A DNA stretch of 64,000 nt from Pseudomonadota bacterium (GCA_043825875.1 JBDRRF010000079.1:224353-288352); one strand, 5' to 3'; shown: positions 20,116 to 32,100, counted from the first letter of the stretch. Notes: generated from the sequence alone by a model not told the origin. Numbers and translations: made by a program.

Positions 20116-21282
20116 TTAATTTTCCTTCAAAGCTTCTACAACATTCATTCTCGATGCTCTGAATGCCGGAAGTATTCCACCGACAAATCCCATTATAATA
20201 GAAAACAAAAGCGATTTATATATAATTTCAAATGTGATCGTAAAATTAAAAGAAAGCTCTGAAAATGTCTGAAAATTAGTTGTTGAAACAGTTATAAACT
20301 GCATAAAAGAACCTAAAATAAGCCCAACGATTCCGCCTATCAAACCAAGAAGTAAAGATTCCATAAGAAAAGCCAGAAGAATGGTTCCCCGGTTGAATCC
20401 AAGAGCGCGAAGGGTTCCTATTTCACCGGTGCGGTTTGCAACAGCCGAATACATTGTTATCATTGCTCCAACAATCGCTCCTATTGAAAACACGAGAGTA
20501 AGCGTTTCTCCTAATACCCTTAAAAACTTGGCCATCATTTCCGATTGTTCTTTATAATACTGCGTTTCGCGTTTTGCTTCAAGTGTGAGTCTTGGATCAT
20601 TTTCAATATTATTTTTAAATGTCGTAAATTCGGAGGATTTTCTTAATCTAAAGAGAACAGATGAATAAACTGGCCTTCTGAAAGCCGGCATAAACTGCTC
20701 AACATCTCCCCATATTTCCGAACTGTAACCCGTATTTCCCGCATCAAATATACCTACCACTCTCCATGACCGCATTCCAAAAGAAAGAGGTTGCCCAATC
20801 CCGATACCTTTAAAGCCCTTTACTATACTTGTTCCAACAACTATTTCCGATGTGCCGGGTCTTGGCATACGGCCTGCAATAATTTTAACCTGCGGCCTCA
20901 GCATTAAAGAATTTTCTGAAATTCCTCTTATTGTAACATTCGCAGCGGTATTAGACTCTTTCTTCTCAAGGGTAATAAGAACAACAAGTTCTTTTGCAAG
21001 AAGAGTACGTCCTTTATTTCCTATCGCAATTTGAGGACTGGCTTCCACAATCGAAGCCTGCTGTCTTTCAATTCCGCTTTGCACTTCGGAAACAGCGGAT
21101 CTGCGGATAACTACAACATTGTCAAACGTTCCCGTATCAACGAGTGTTTTTTCCAAACCTTCGGCAAGCATTACTATCGAAGCAAAAACAAAAACAACAA
21201 GAGACATCCCGGCAGCCGTAAGAAATGTGGTAAGTTTTCTTGCCAGCAAGTTTCTAAAACTATAAAAAAACAAAAGCCCCAT
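20116..21282 (-). CDS. ABC transporter permease (MacB/FtsX family)
   Basis: RTGEIGTLRALGF; MacB periplasmic domain plus TMs. Confidence 0.92.
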   Translation of the reverse strand: MGLLFFYSFRNLLARKLTTFLTAAGMSLVVFVFASIVMLAEGLEKTLVDTGTFDNVVVIRRSAVSEVQSGIERQQASIVEASPQIAIGNKGRTLLAKELVVLITLEKKESNTAANVTIRGISENSLMLRPQVKIIAGRMPRPGTSEIVVGTSIVKGFKGIGIGQPLSFGMRSWRVVGIFDAGNTGYSSEIWGDVEQFMPAFRRPVYSSVLFRLRKSSEFTTFKNNIENDPRLTLEAKRETQYYKEQSEMMAKFLRVLGETLTLVFSIGAIVGAMITMYSAVANRTGEIGTLRALGFNRGTILLAFLMESLLLGLIGGIVGLILGSFMQFITVSTTNFQTFSELSFNFTITFEIIYKSLLFSIIMGFVGGILPAFRASRMNVVEALKEN

Positions 21283-21289
21283 TATTTTT

Positions 21290-22444
21290 TTACCCTATTC
21301 TTCCTAACCCGCTTGCAATGGGAACAGTTACCGCCTGTTTTATCGGAAAAACCGCAGCTACAATTCCCACAATAATACTTGCAATAATATCAAGATAAAT
21401 AGTTTCTTTTGAAATATTGAAAATAGGAAAAAAATCTCCCACAGCACCTACAAAGGCATCAGCCGCAGGGAATGTAACGATAATGCCCATAAGACCTCCA
21501 AGAGATGTTATAAGCAATGATTCTCCTAAAATAAGCCCTGTGATATAGAAACCCCCGAAGCCAAGAGTTTTCAAAACCGCATATTCATTCATGCGTTCAC
21601 GCACGGACATAGCCATAGTGTTTGCGACAACAACCATTATAATTACGATAACAACCATGGTAACAAGCTCTATTACAGTAAGAATTGTCTGGGTAAGAGA
21701 CACAAAACTCATCTGAAAGGCCTTTTCCGTTTCCGTCAGAGTTTCAGCATAGGAATTTTTAAACATTTTATCTATCGCCCGCGCGGTTGTTGCTGCTATA
21801 TCAGGAGATCTTACTCCTATCATATAAAAGCCAACCTGGTCAGCTCTTCGTGGCAAAAATTTTTTAACGGTTTCATTCAAATATTCCCAGTGAAAGAAAA
21901 ACTGGCTTTCATCTATATTTTTATGGCTTCCCTTATATATGGCCTTTACAACAAATTCCCAGTTTCCCGGATAAATTGTTCCTTTTAATACTACCGTATC
22001 TCCAAGTTTCCAGCCGAATCTTTTGGCAAGTTTTTCACCAACAACACAACCTTTTCTTTCTCTTAAAAATGAGCTTTTCCGGTCTGGAGGTATCACAAAT
22101 TCGGGGTAAAGATCTAAATAGTTCTTTGATTCAACAGCGAAGTTAGCGAAAAAATTCTTTTCATTTATATAATAAGCTCCAAACCAGCTTCCGGCAGCTA
22201 CTAGTTTTACTCCATCCACATTACGAATTTTTTCTTTGTAGGAAATAGGCAGAGGAAAAATCAAAGAAATAGAATTACGGGTTACAAGACGGGTAGCCGA
22301 AGATGCATCAACTCCGGCATACCAGGCGCTGATAACAGTTCTTAACAAACCGAAGGCAAGAATCGCAACACAAATGCCGCAGATTGTAAGAAAGGTTCTG
22401 AGTTTGTGTCTAAACGCATTCCTGAAAAGAAGTTTGAGGAGCAT
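21290..22444 (-). CDS. ABC transporter permease (MacB/FtsX family)
   Basis: RNAFRHKLRT, RERMNEYAVLKTLGF; likely start ATG at 22444. Confidence 0.9.
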   Translation of the reverse strand: MLLKLLFRNAFRHKLRTFLTICGICVAILAFGLLRTVISAWYAGVDASSATRLVTRNSISLIFPLPISYKEKIRNVDGVKLVAAGSWFGAYYINEKNFFANFAVESKNYLDLYPEFVIPPDRKSSFLRERKGCVVGEKLAKRFGWKLGDTVVLKGTIYPGNWEFVVKAIYKGSHKNIDESQFFFHWEYLNETVKKFLPRRADQVGFYMIGVRSPDIAATTARAIDKMFKNSYAETLTETEKAFQMSFVSLTQTILTVIELVTMVVIVIIMVVVANTMAMSVRERMNEYAVLKTLGFGGFYITGLILGESLLITSLGGLMGIIVTFPAADAFVGAVGDFFPIFNISKETIYLDIIASIIVGIVAAVFPIKQAVTVPIASGLGRIG

Positions 22445-23114
22445 CTGCAAGAATACCTTTATCAAGATACATTATGCTGCCGGCTTTTTTTGCAGCTCTT
22501 GGATCATGTGTTACCATTACAATAGTCTTTCCAATTGAATTGCTCAAATTTTCCATAAGATTGAGCACCTCCTGGGCAGACACTCTGTCCAGATCACCGG
22601 TTGGTTCATCTGCTACAAGAATAGCCGGATCGGTAACAACCGCTCTTGCTATTGCAACCCGCTGCTGCTGTCCACCTGATAACTGACCCGGATAATGATC
22701 CATCCTGTCTTCAAGCCCAACCAGCTTTAAAGCCGTATGTACATGCTCTTTTCTCTCTTTTTTGGAAAGCCTGGTTAGAATCAAAGGCAATTCAACATTT
22801 TCAAAAGCGGTCAGCACTGGAATAAGATTGTAAAACTGGAAAATAAAACCTACATTATCGGCTCTCCACTTTGCAAGTTCGGTTTCTACCAGCAAAGAAA
22901 TATCGATGCCCTGTATTATAATGCTTCCGCTGTCCGGCTTATCCAGTCCTGCTATCAGATTTAAAAGAGTACTTTTACCGGAACCTGAAGGTCCCATTAA
23001 AGCAAGAAAATCATTCTCATTAATATCAAGAGTTAAATTTTCTAAAACCATTATCGACTGATTACCGCGCCGATATGATTTTGTAAGATTTTTAATTTCT
23101 ATAATAGGCGCCAA
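22410..23114 (-). CDS. ABC transporter ATP-binding protein
   Basis: GPSGSGKST, LSGGQQQR, DEPTG, THD. Confidence 0.95.
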   Translation of the reverse strand: MAPIIEIKNLTKSYRRGNQSIMVLENLTLDINENDFLALMGPSGSGKSTLLNLIAGLDKPDSGSIIIQGIDISLLVETELAKWRADNVGFIFQFYNLIPVLTAFENVELPLILTRLSKKERKEHVHTALKLVGLEDRMDHYPGQLSGGQQQRVAIARAVVTDPAILVADEPTGDLDRVSAQEVLNLMENLSNSIGKTIVMVTHDPRAAKKAGSIMYLDKGILADAPQTSFQECV

Positions 23115-23123
23115 CTGTTAAAT

Positions 23124-24341
23124 CTACTCCTCAAGGACTTTAACTTTTGCGTCTGCCCTTACTTTGTCAAGCGGTTCGGTTATTAAAAATTCTCCGATTT
23201 TAAGACCTTCTATCACTTCCACCATGTTTTCGAGTTTCTTTCCGGTTCTGATTTCTTTTTTAACCGCTTTGCCGTTTACTACAGTAAATACAAATGAATT
23301 GTCTTTATCTTTTATGACAGCTTTTGCCGGAATAGCCATTACGGCATTTTGTTCATCCGGTAAGATTTCACGTGAAAGAAAGGCCACTTTTGCGCTCATT
23401 TCAGGAAGTACTCTAGTGTCTTTATTCGCAAATGCCACTTTGACCATAACAGAAGCCTTTGTTCTGTCTGCTGTCGGAACCACCATGTGAACCTTGCCCA
23501 TAAAACGTTCATCCTGTATGGCATCAAGCCTTATTTCACAGGGCTGGCCATTTTTAACAGTGTTAATATTGGTTTCCGAAACATCTACTTCAACTTGCAG
23601 AGAATCCATATCCGCAATATTAACAACAGCCGCCTTTGCATCCGCTGCAGCACCAATTGGAGTTACAATATCACCAAGATCTGCGTTTTTTGTAAGAACC
23701 ACCGCATCAAACGGCGCACGCATATTGGCATATTCAAGCGCAACTTCGGCTTCTCTTAATGCCGCCTCACTTGCCTTTATCGCAGCCTTTTGAGCTGATA
23801 CAGCAGCCTTCGCTCTTTTATATCTTGCATTTGCAATATCATACTCGGCTTTTGACACGCCATTGATATCGGCCAGCTTCGATATACGACTATAATTTAA
23901 AGAAGCATCATCAAATTCAGCCATGGTCTGCTCAAGCACAGCCTTGGAAGCATTTACATTGGCAATAGCTCTGTTTTTTGCAGCTATAGTATCATCATTT
24001 TCAAGCCGTGCTACTATTTCTCCTTTTTTAACTTTATCACCTTCTTCAACACCCAAATATACAAGGCGTCCGGTAATTTTAGAAGAAATAGCCGCTTTTC
24101 TCTGGGCTACAACATACCCGCTTGCATTTAAAAGAGTATAGGTCTGGGACGGATATATGTTCATTACTTTAAGACCACGGACTGAAAGAGCCGGAGTTAA
24201 ATACCCATTTTTATAAAGAACCGCGATTGCGACAAATATCAATATTGCTATCAGCAAGATATAATATTTTTTCTTTTTCCCGGAACCTGAAATTCTTTCG
24301 TCTTTTTCTATACGAAGTTTGGAAATATCTCCATCAGGCAT
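23124..24341 (-). CDS. Efflux periplasmic adaptor (membrane fusion protein)
   Basis: N-terminal TM, VEEGDKVKKG lipoyl half, coiled coil, RAPFD. Confidence 0.93.
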   Translation of the reverse strand: MPDGDISKLRIEKDERISGSGKKKKYYILLIAILIFVAIAVLYKNGYLTPALSVRGLKVMNIYPSQTYTLLNASGYVVAQRKAAISSKITGRLVYLGVEEGDKVKKGEIVARLENDDTIAAKNRAIANVNASKAVLEQTMAEFDDASLNYSRISKLADINGVSKAEYDIANARYKRAKAAVSAQKAAIKASEAALREAEVALEYANMRAPFDAVVLTKNADLGDIVTPIGAAADAKAAVVNIADMDSLQVEVDVSETNINTVKNGQPCEIRLDAIQDERFMGKVHMVVPTADRTKASVMVKVAFANKDTRVLPEMSAKVAFLSREILPDEQNAVMAIPAKAVIKDKDNSFVFTVVNGKAVKKEIRTGKKLENMVEVIEGLKIGEFLITEPLDKVRADAKVKVLEE

Positions 24342-24388
24342 TGATGTATCCTCATAGCATTTGTCAAAATAATATTCCGGTTGATTTT

Positions 24389-25291
24389 TTAACCTCTCGG
24401 ATGATATTTACTGTGTACTTTCCTTAAATGATCCCGTACTACATGAGTATATATCTGAGTTGTTGAAATATCAACATGCCCCAGCATTAACTGAACCGAC
24501 CTTAAATCAGCGCCGCCTTCCAGAAGGTGGGTTGCGAAAGAATGCCTTATACTATGGGGCGTTATTGTTTTTGTTATTTTTGCCAGAATTGAATATCGCT
24601 TGATTATTTTCCAGAAGCCCTGACGTGTCAAAGGTTTTCCGCCTCTACCTACAAACAAAAAGTGGCTCACACTATTTTTTAAAAGTTGCGGTCTTGCAGT
24701 ATTAATGTATTCACTTACTTTATCTTTTGCATAAATCCCAATAGGAACAATTCTTTCTTTTGAACCTTTACCAAAAACTCTAACAAAGCATGCATCCATA
24801 TTTACATCAAATAGCTTAAGACTTATAAGTTCCGAAACCCTGAGGCCTGCGGCATACAAAAGCTCAATCATGGCGCAATCTCTTAATCCTGCCGGTTTAC
24901 TAACATCAGGAGTAGATAAAAGACATTTAACCTCATCCTGGGTCAAAACATTCGGAAGATAGAAGCCACTTTTGGGAAGATCGATAACACTTGTTGGATC
25001 ACTGGATATGTACTTTTCCCGTACAAGAAATTTATAAAACCCCCTTAGGGTCACAAGATGTCTTGCCCTTGATCTTGCCTTAAGCCCTTCATCTCTTAAT
25101 GCGATAATATGCTTAAGAATTGTCGGCGTGTCAGCCTCCGAGATATCTCTGATACCATGTTTGCCTAAAAAAGTAATATAAGTTGCGATATCGCTTCCAT
25201 AAGATTCAATAGTTTTCTTTGAAAGTCCTTTTTCGACAACAAGGTAATTAAGATATTGATCAACAAGAGAGTCTATTGAAGGCATCCGCAT
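24389..25291 (-). CDS. xerD: Site-specific tyrosine recombinase XerD
   Basis: LYAAGLRVSEL, GKGSKERIVP, LTRQGFW, HSIRHSFATHLLEGGADLRSVQLMLGH, TTQIY, HPRG. Confidence 0.95.
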   Translation of the reverse strand: MRMPSIDSLVDQYLNYLVVEKGLSKKTIESYGSDIATYITFLGKHGIRDISEADTPTILKHIIALRDEGLKARSRARHLVTLRGFYKFLVREKYISSDPTSVIDLPKSGFYLPNVLTQDEVKCLLSTPDVSKPAGLRDCAMIELLYAAGLRVSELISLKLFDVNMDACFVRVFGKGSKERIVPIGIYAKDKVSEYINTARPQLLKNSVSHFLFVGRGGKPLTRQGFWKIIKRYSILAKITKTITPHSIRHSFATHLLEGGADLRSVQLMLGHVDISTTQIYTHVVRDHLRKVHSKYHPRG

Positions 25292-25296
25292 TAACC

Positions 25297-26412
25297 TTAT
25301 TTGTAAGAAATTATTTCCTCTAGTTTGTTTAGCACCTCTGCTCCTTTGTCTCTTACAACTACCATATTTTCAAGTCTTATACCACCCCAGCCGGTAATAT
25401 ATATTCCGGGTTCGACAGTAAACACCATTTGAGGCTCAAGAACCGTACTACTCAAAGATCCGACTCTGGGGCTCTCATGCACCGAAAGACCTGTACCATG
25501 TCCAAGACCATGTGTGAATTTTCCGCTAAATTCTGTGCTGTCAATATGACTGCGCGCGATTTTGTCAACAGACTTTGAATCTGAACCTGGAGCTATTGCA
25601 TTTACTGCAAGAAGCTGGGCATCAAGTACGGCTTTATATGCCTTAATAAAATATTCATCGGGTTTTCCGATAACTATAGTTCTTGAAATATCAGAAAAAT
25701 AACCTTCAAGTTCTGCACCCCAGTCAAAAAGTATAGGTTCATTTTCCTTAAATGCCCTATCTGAAGGAATTGCATGAGGAAGTGCGCTGTTTGGCCCTGA
25801 TGCAACAATAGTGGGAAAAGACAAGCCATCCGCTCCGGCCTCATGCATGGCTTTTTCAATAAGCCAGGCTGCCTCTTTTTCCGTAACCCCGGGCCTGATT
25901 GAATCCTGAATCCTGATAAACGCCGTTTCTGCTATCAGCAGAGCTTTTTGTATCAACTCAATCTCTTCTTCATCTTTTATTTCACGCAATGTCTCAACAA
26001 TATTTTCGGTTTCCACCAGTTTGACTTCAAGACCGCTTGATTTTATCTCTTTACATATTTTTCTGTAATCAAGATATGACAGCCTGACACTTTCAAATCC
26101 AAGCCTTTTCGTACCAAGTTTTTTCAGAATCGCAGGTATTTGTTTGGCCAGACCTTCTTTATAACAAACAATTTCATAAAGATTTCCAGCTTCCCTGATA
26201 GCCTGCTCTTCATAACGGGAATCGGTGGCAAGAATAAGACCCGCTTTTGAAATAAACAAAACTCCGGAAGATTCATCAAACTGGGAGTCATGGCCTTGAA
26301 ATCCGCTTAAATACCTTCGGTTTTCACCTACCATTACCATGAGGGTATCGAGGTTTTTATCGGATATGATTTCTTTTATACGAAGGATTCTGTTTTCAAT
26401 AACACTGCTCAA
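25297..26412 (-). CDS. Xaa-Pro aminopeptidase (M24 family)
   Basis: TDSRY, SDISRT, HGLGHG, HE, TVEPGIY, GIRLE. Confidence 0.93.
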   Translation of the reverse strand: MSSVIENRILRIKEIISDKNLDTLMVMVGENRRYLSGFQGHDSQFDESSGVLFISKAGLILATDSRYEEQAIREAGNLYEIVCYKEGLAKQIPAILKKLGTKRLGFESVRLSYLDYRKICKEIKSSGLEVKLVETENIVETLREIKDEEEIELIQKALLIAETAFIRIQDSIRPGVTEKEAAWLIEKAMHEAGADGLSFPTIVASGPNSALPHAIPSDRAFKENEPILFDWGAELEGYFSDISRTIVIGKPDEYFIKAYKAVLDAQLLAVNAIAPGSDSKSVDKIARSHIDSTEFSGKFTHGLGHGTGLSVHESPRVGSLSSTVLEPQMVFTVEPGIYITGWGGIRLENMVVVRDKGAEVLNKLEEIISYK

Positions 26413-26537
26413 CTGATTCTCCTTAAATTGATTCAGGGTAGATCATATTATCATGCAGATAAAAAAAATAGCCTCCTAACATCATAACGGTGCATTTTCC
26501 ACAAATCCCATTTGATTGAAGGCGACTATTTAATATG

Positions 26538-26864
26538 TTAAATGAGCACACCGTACCTCTTAATTTCCTGGGCAAGTGTACTATATCGATCTTCAAGGTC
26601 TTGAGGAGAAAAGGGAAGTGGTTCGATGTGTGAGTCTATCTCAAGAGCTACCTTACGCAAAAACATCATTTCATTTATACTATCTTGCCCGAACTGTGAA
26701 GAAATTACTGCTATATCGATATCACTGTCCGGTTTTGCCATTCCCTTAGCATAAGAACCAAAAAGAATTACTTTTGATACTTTTATCCCTTTTTGCTCAA
26801 GAAGCGCTATATATCTGTTGATTGAATTAATCTCTTTTTTCCCTAAAGATGTTTGTTTAGCCAT
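26538..26864 (-). CDS. Minimal nucleotidyltransferase (MNT) antitoxin-like protein
   Basis: LFGSYAKG...SDIDI (GSx10DxD). Confidence 0.9.
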   Translation of the reverse strand: MAKQTSLGKKEINSINRYIALLEQKGIKVSKVILFGSYAKGMAKPDSDIDIAVISSQFGQDSINEMMFLRKVALEIDSHIEPLPFSPQDLEDRYSTLAQEIKRYGVLI

Positions 26865-27232
26865 ATCAAAATCTTTTTTGTTTTATTAATATATTTTGAA
26901 GTAAATCTCTTATTAGCTTTCTTATAGAAGCTGAATTTATAATCATCGTATCTTGCTTCAATGTTAAAAGTGCTGATCTCAGCAAGCTCATTTTTTTGTT
27001 TAACGGATAATGTTATCTCTGTTTTTTCTGCCAAACGAACCAAATCGTGCAAAAGAGGAGGCGCTTCTTGTGTTTTTTTAACGATTATTGCTTTTAGAAT
27101 TTTTTCTATACTCAAATGACAGAAAAATAAAGCATGAAGGTATCTCTTATTCTCAAAAAGAATTACTGCGGTTTCAAAATCCTGCTTAGAAACTACTGAC
27201 CAGTATTCAACTATTTTTTGTTCTTCATTCAT
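26843..27232 (-). CDS. HEPN domain protein
   Basis: FFCHLSIEKILKA, HDLVRL, EARY; overlaps the MNT gene. Confidence 0.9.
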   Translation of the reverse strand: MNEEQKIVEYWSVVSKQDFETAVILFENKRYLHALFFCHLSIEKILKAIIVKKTQEAPPLLHDLVRLAEKTEITLSVKQKNELAEISTFNIEARYDDYKFSFYKKANKRFTSKYINKTKKILIWLNKHL

Positions 27233-27506
27233 ATTTTTTATTATAAGTTAATTTTTATAATTTTACCATGAAAAATTATTAGGTTGTCAGAAATACCGAA
27301 CGATGTAATTAAAGCAGAACATAGTTGACCATATTACTTCCTTATTGACTGATCATCAGGCAACAAATATCCTGCAACTTGGAAAGAATATCTACAATTT
27401 CTACATATATAAGGATAATAAATTATTGTGCTATAGGCTCTAACGTCCTTGGACTTATTGAAACGATCATTAAAAGCCAAGAGCCGATCTAACCCCTTAT
27501 TCCTTT

Positions 27507-28637
27507 CTACTTCGCTTCTGTGGTAAATGCCCAAGGAGTAACCGCCATATCAATTCCGGCCGTGCTCCTGTAGCCACATTTTCCCGCTAAGCCAAGCGAG
27601 AACGAATATGTGTAGTCTGGTTTTAAACTGCCGTCTATCTTGACCGCAAGAGTCCTGGAATCTTTCCAGTAGGCTTTTTTGTAGCAAAGACCGGTATCTC
27701 CGCAAGGAGTTTTGATACACACTATTTGCATCATGTCCGTGTTAAAATGCACCACAATTTCTTTAAGATCTGTCGGGACATTGATGGCATTATTCGCGGG
27801 AAACATGTCAACAATCTGAGGCTGCATAAGAATTGGCTCATATTTGACTGCTGCGAGGTATAGCAACCACTTGCTTTCAAGCTCTTTCATCGGGATGTTT
27901 AACACATTCTGAGATGATTTTCCTAAATCGCGTGTGGTACCGATATCCTTAACAAACTTCCAAAAACGCTCTTCACCATAATTATCCATCACAAAAAAGT
28001 TAAAGCTAGCCCCCACGTCATAAGCATACCCTAAATTTGGGTTTGTACCCGGCGGACCATAATAGACAGACCATTTTTGCACTTTCCCAAAACTGACATT
28101 GTTTTTTGTCTGCTGCACTTTGGCGACGTTTAGGGCCTGCTCTTTGTATGCCGGTAGCTTATCAGCGGCAATCGCCCCCATGATATTGGCTAATCCCTCA
28201 TCAATAAAGCGAAATTGTTCCAACATACTTGCACCTGCAGTAAAATGATGCAAGCCAATATGTGACGATTCATGGGCCACCAGTCCGGGACCACCAGTTG
28301 AACTATACAGATGCCCTATGGAAAGACTGATTTTATCCCTTGAGGGATTAAAATATGAACCTGAGTCTTCACTATAATAGACGACCGTAAAGATCATTGG
28401 AAGATGTTCACCATAATACGTATGCAGCATGTCCCATACCGCGTCGTATTTCTCTAAGGAATTCTGGTGAAGGTCATAATAATGATGACCAATATCCTCT
28501 GCCATTGTTGTTACCGGATTCCATCCACACATCATAATCACAATAAGCATAAGAATATATCGATGTGGTCTGAAGCGGAAAATATCTAGCTTTTTGCGTC
28601 CAAGTGTCATATCATTCACCACCTTTAGCAATTTCAA
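27507..28637 (-). CDS. Exported zinc metallopeptidase (HExxH, MA clan) with C-terminal Ig-like domain; start uncertain
   Basis: VAHESSH ... FIDEGLA; C-terminal PANNAINVPTD..IVVHFN...W.FTT (Big_5-like). Confidence 0.75.
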   Translation of the reverse strand: MKLLKVVNDMTLGRKKLDIFRFRPHRYILMLIVIMMCGWNPVTTMAEDIGHHYYDLHQNSLEKYDAVWDMLHTYYGEHLPMIFTVVYYSEDSGSYFNPSRDKISLSIGHLYSSTGGPGLVAHESSHIGLHHFTAGASMLEQFRFIDEGLANIMGAIAADKLPAYKEQALNVAKVQQTKNNVSFGKVQKWSVYYGPPGTNPNLGYAYDVGASFNFFVMDNYGEERFWKFVKDIGTTRDLGKSSQNVLNIPMKELESKWLLYLAAVKYEPILMQPQIVDMFPANNAINVPTDLKEIVVHFNTDMMQIVCIKTPCGDTGLCYKKAYWKDSRTLAVKIDGSLKPDYTYSFSLGLAGKCGYRSTAGIDMAVTPWAFTTEAK

Positions 28638-29136
28638 TAACGATTTCGATTATTTTCTTGCATCGTAACAATATATAGAACAGCTTCCTCTCAATACCGT
28701 GAAATTGGAAGGCTGTCAATATTGCATTTAAATTATTTGATCAACATATAATTGATTTTATTAGCATTGTCTAACTTGTTCAATATCCAATTGCTTTTCT
28801 TAGGGAGTTAACTGTTCAATAACGATGCAGCCTTTTCGGTTTCCGTTTTGACTATGTTTTACGTAATTCTCGAGATATGTCTTAATTTAAACGGGCACTA
28901 TGCAAGCGAGAAAAACAAGAGAGCGAGGTGCCTGGTGAGCAAATGCCCAAAAAAACCAAGCTACAAAAAAGGATTGAGGAAGAATGCCTTTTATCTCAGT
29001 AATAGCAATATCTTATACTGGATAAGGAAGTGCTCTTAATATTACGCTTATCTTGTATGGGATTTTTAGCCAAAATATGATAAAAAGCTAAGCATCTTAT
29101 TACAATGTAATAAAAATAAAGCCGGAGCATTTAAGC

Positions 29137-32100
29137 TTGCATAATATAAAACAGCAAAATTTATTAATTAACAAAATCGAATTCAGGATTAAAAAAGCAA
29201 TGCGGGCTGACAGGCCGGTTCTTTATCGCGATATCGCAAAACTGAAAAACGCTGTTTCCAAAAACTTTGCCGGGCAAAAAATTGAAAGTCTGCTTTCTGA
29301 TATTACAAAAAAGCTTGATGCTTCAATTCATGAACAAACATTAAGAAGAAATAATATCCCAAAATTTGATTTTGATTCCGATCTTCCCATAACTGCCAAA
29401 AAAGATGAAATAATAGATTCTATTGTTAAAAATCAGGTTGTTATTATTTCGGGTGAAACCGGATCAGGCAAAACCACACAGTTGCCGAAATTCTGCCTTG
29501 CTGCAGGAAGGGGAATTTTTGGGAAGATTGGCTGTACCCAGCCGAGAAGAATTGCCGCTATTACCGTTTGTGCACGTATTGCACAGGAACTTTCTGAGGA
29601 AACCGGAAAGTCTGTCGGCTACAAAATCCGTTTTGACGATAAAACGCATAAAGACTCATATATAAAAATAATGACCGACGGCATTTTGCTGGCGGAAGCC
29701 AATAATGATCCGTATCTTAATGAATATGACACTATAATTGTTGATGAAGCACATGAAAGAAGTCTTAACATTGATTTTATACTGGGAGTGCTGAAAACTC
29801 TTTTAAAAAAAAGAAAAGACTTAAAACTGATTATTACTTCTGCAACAATTGATACCGATAAATTTTCAAAAGCTTTTGATAATGCACCTGTAATTGAAGT
29901 TTCAGGCAGGATGTTTCCTGTTGATGTTCGCTATCTTCCTGTTGATTTTGAACCTGAAAAAGATGAAGACAAAAGCCATGCGGATCTTGCAATAGAAGCT
30001 GTTGATAAAATAGTAAAAGAAAATCCATACGGCGATATACTTATTTTCATGCCCACAGAATTAGATATCAGAGAAGCAACCGAAATTCTTGAAGGAAGAA
30101 AATACAGATCCGTTGAGATAATACCTCTTTTTGCAAGGCTTCCGGCTTCAGAGCAAAAAAAGGTATTTTTGCCTCTTTCTGCAAGAAAGATTATTATATC
30201 AACCAATATCGCAGAAACATCTATTACTATCCCTGGCATAAAATATGTGATAGACACGGGACTTGCCCGCATCCCGCATTATACTCCAAGATCGCGCTCA
30301 ACCGCTATGCCAGTAGTTTCCGTTTCAAAAAGCAGTGCTGACCAGCGAAAAGGAAGGTGCGGAAGAGTAGAAAACGGCATCTGCGTGCGTCTTTATACTA
30401 AAGAAAATTACGAAGCCCGCTCTCTTTATACGCTGCCCGAAATTTTAAGGTCAAATCTTGCCGAAGTAGTATTGAGAATGATTGCTTTAAAACTTGGCGA
30501 AGTATCTTCCTTTCCTTTTATAGACAGGCCTTCGCCAAAAAGCATCAAGGATGGATATGATATTCTTCTTGAACTGGGAGCAATAAAACAGGAGCCAGGC
30601 AATAAGGCGCTCTATTGCCTAACCCCAACCGGCAAACTTATGGCATCCCTTCCGGTTGATCCCAGGCTTTCAAGGATGCTTATTGAAGCACCGAACAGAG
30701 GCTGCCTTGAAGAAATGACAGTAATCGCCTCAGCCATAAGCTCTCAGGACCCAAGGCAAAGACCTGCCGATAAAACGGAAGAAGCAGACAGGGCGCACAA
30801 GGTTTTTTCAGACCCACTTTCAGACTTTATAACTCTTCTTAATATATGGAATAAATATAATGAGGCTTCAGGTACTACTTCCGGTGCAAGAAAATTCTGC
30901 AAAGCAAACTTTCTATCTTTTAGAAGGATGAAAGAGTGGCGCGATATACATACACAGATAACAAATATACTAATTGAAACCGGTATGAAAAGCAGGAAAA
31001 CAGAAAGTGGGAAAGCTTTAAGCGGTGCAAATAAATCAGACAGCAAATTCAGCCCGCTTTATACTGCCATTCATAAATCAATACTCAGCGGCTTTTTGTC
31101 AAATATTGCCATGAAAAAAGAGAAGAATAATTTTTGTGCAACAAGAGATAAATCCGTTATGATATTTCCCGGCTCAGGATTATTCAAAAACCCACCGACA
31201 TGGATAGTATCTGCCGAAATGGTTGAAACATCGCGTTTTTTTGCAAGAACTGCTGCAACCATAGAAAGCGCCTGGATAGAAGAAATCGGAAAAGAGCAGT
31301 GCAAATACTCCCATTATGGACCACACTGGGATAGAAAACGCGGAGAAGTTGTGGCCATTGAAAAAGCAAGTTTATACGGACTTGCAATCGTTGCCGGACG
31401 ATCCGTATCTTACGGAAAAATAAATCCGGAAGAAGCATCTGATATTTTTATAAGATGCGCCCTTGTTGAAGAAGATATCGACACCTTTTTGCCTTTCATG
31501 GAACATAATAAAAATATAAAAGAAGAAGTTCTGGATATGGAAAACAGGTTAAGAAAAAGAGATGTTTTCGCAGGAAATGAAACCATCTTTGAATTTTATA
31601 AAAAACAGCTTCCTGGAATCTGTGACATTCGCACACTTTCCAGGCACATAAAAAGCTTTGGTAACGATAAACATCTTCGGATGAAAAAAGAAGATTTATT
31701 GCGTTATTTGCCAGATGAAGAGAATCTGTCTCTTTATCCGGATAGTATAAACTTAGGCAAAAAACCCTTTATATGTCTTTATAATTTTGATCCGGGAAAA
31801 CCGGATGACGGCATAACCGTCAAGATCCCGGTTTCATCATCATCATCCGTTTTGCCGGAAAAAACAGACTGGGTTGTACCCGGACTATTGCAGGAAAAAA
31901 TAACTGCCCTTATAAAAGGACTTCCAAAAGAATACAGAAAAAAATTACTCCCTCTTTCTAAAATAGTTGATATCATCATAGAAAAAATGCCAAGGGGAAA
32001 AGCTGCGCTTGCAACCGAGCTTTCAAACTTTATTTTCCGTAATTTCGGAATTGATATTCCAGCAAGCGCCTGGTCATACGATTCTTTGCCTGAGCATCTT

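Noticed and set aside
24389..25291. Tyrosine recombinase as the integron integrase for the cassettes
   Set aside because: It has XerD signatures (TRQGFW, HPRG end), lacks the IntI-specific insertion and sits in a housekeeping operon.
28640..29136. ORF 28848..29039 or an ncRNA upstream of hrpA
   Set aside because: No RBS, recognisable motif or convincing structure; cannot be supported.
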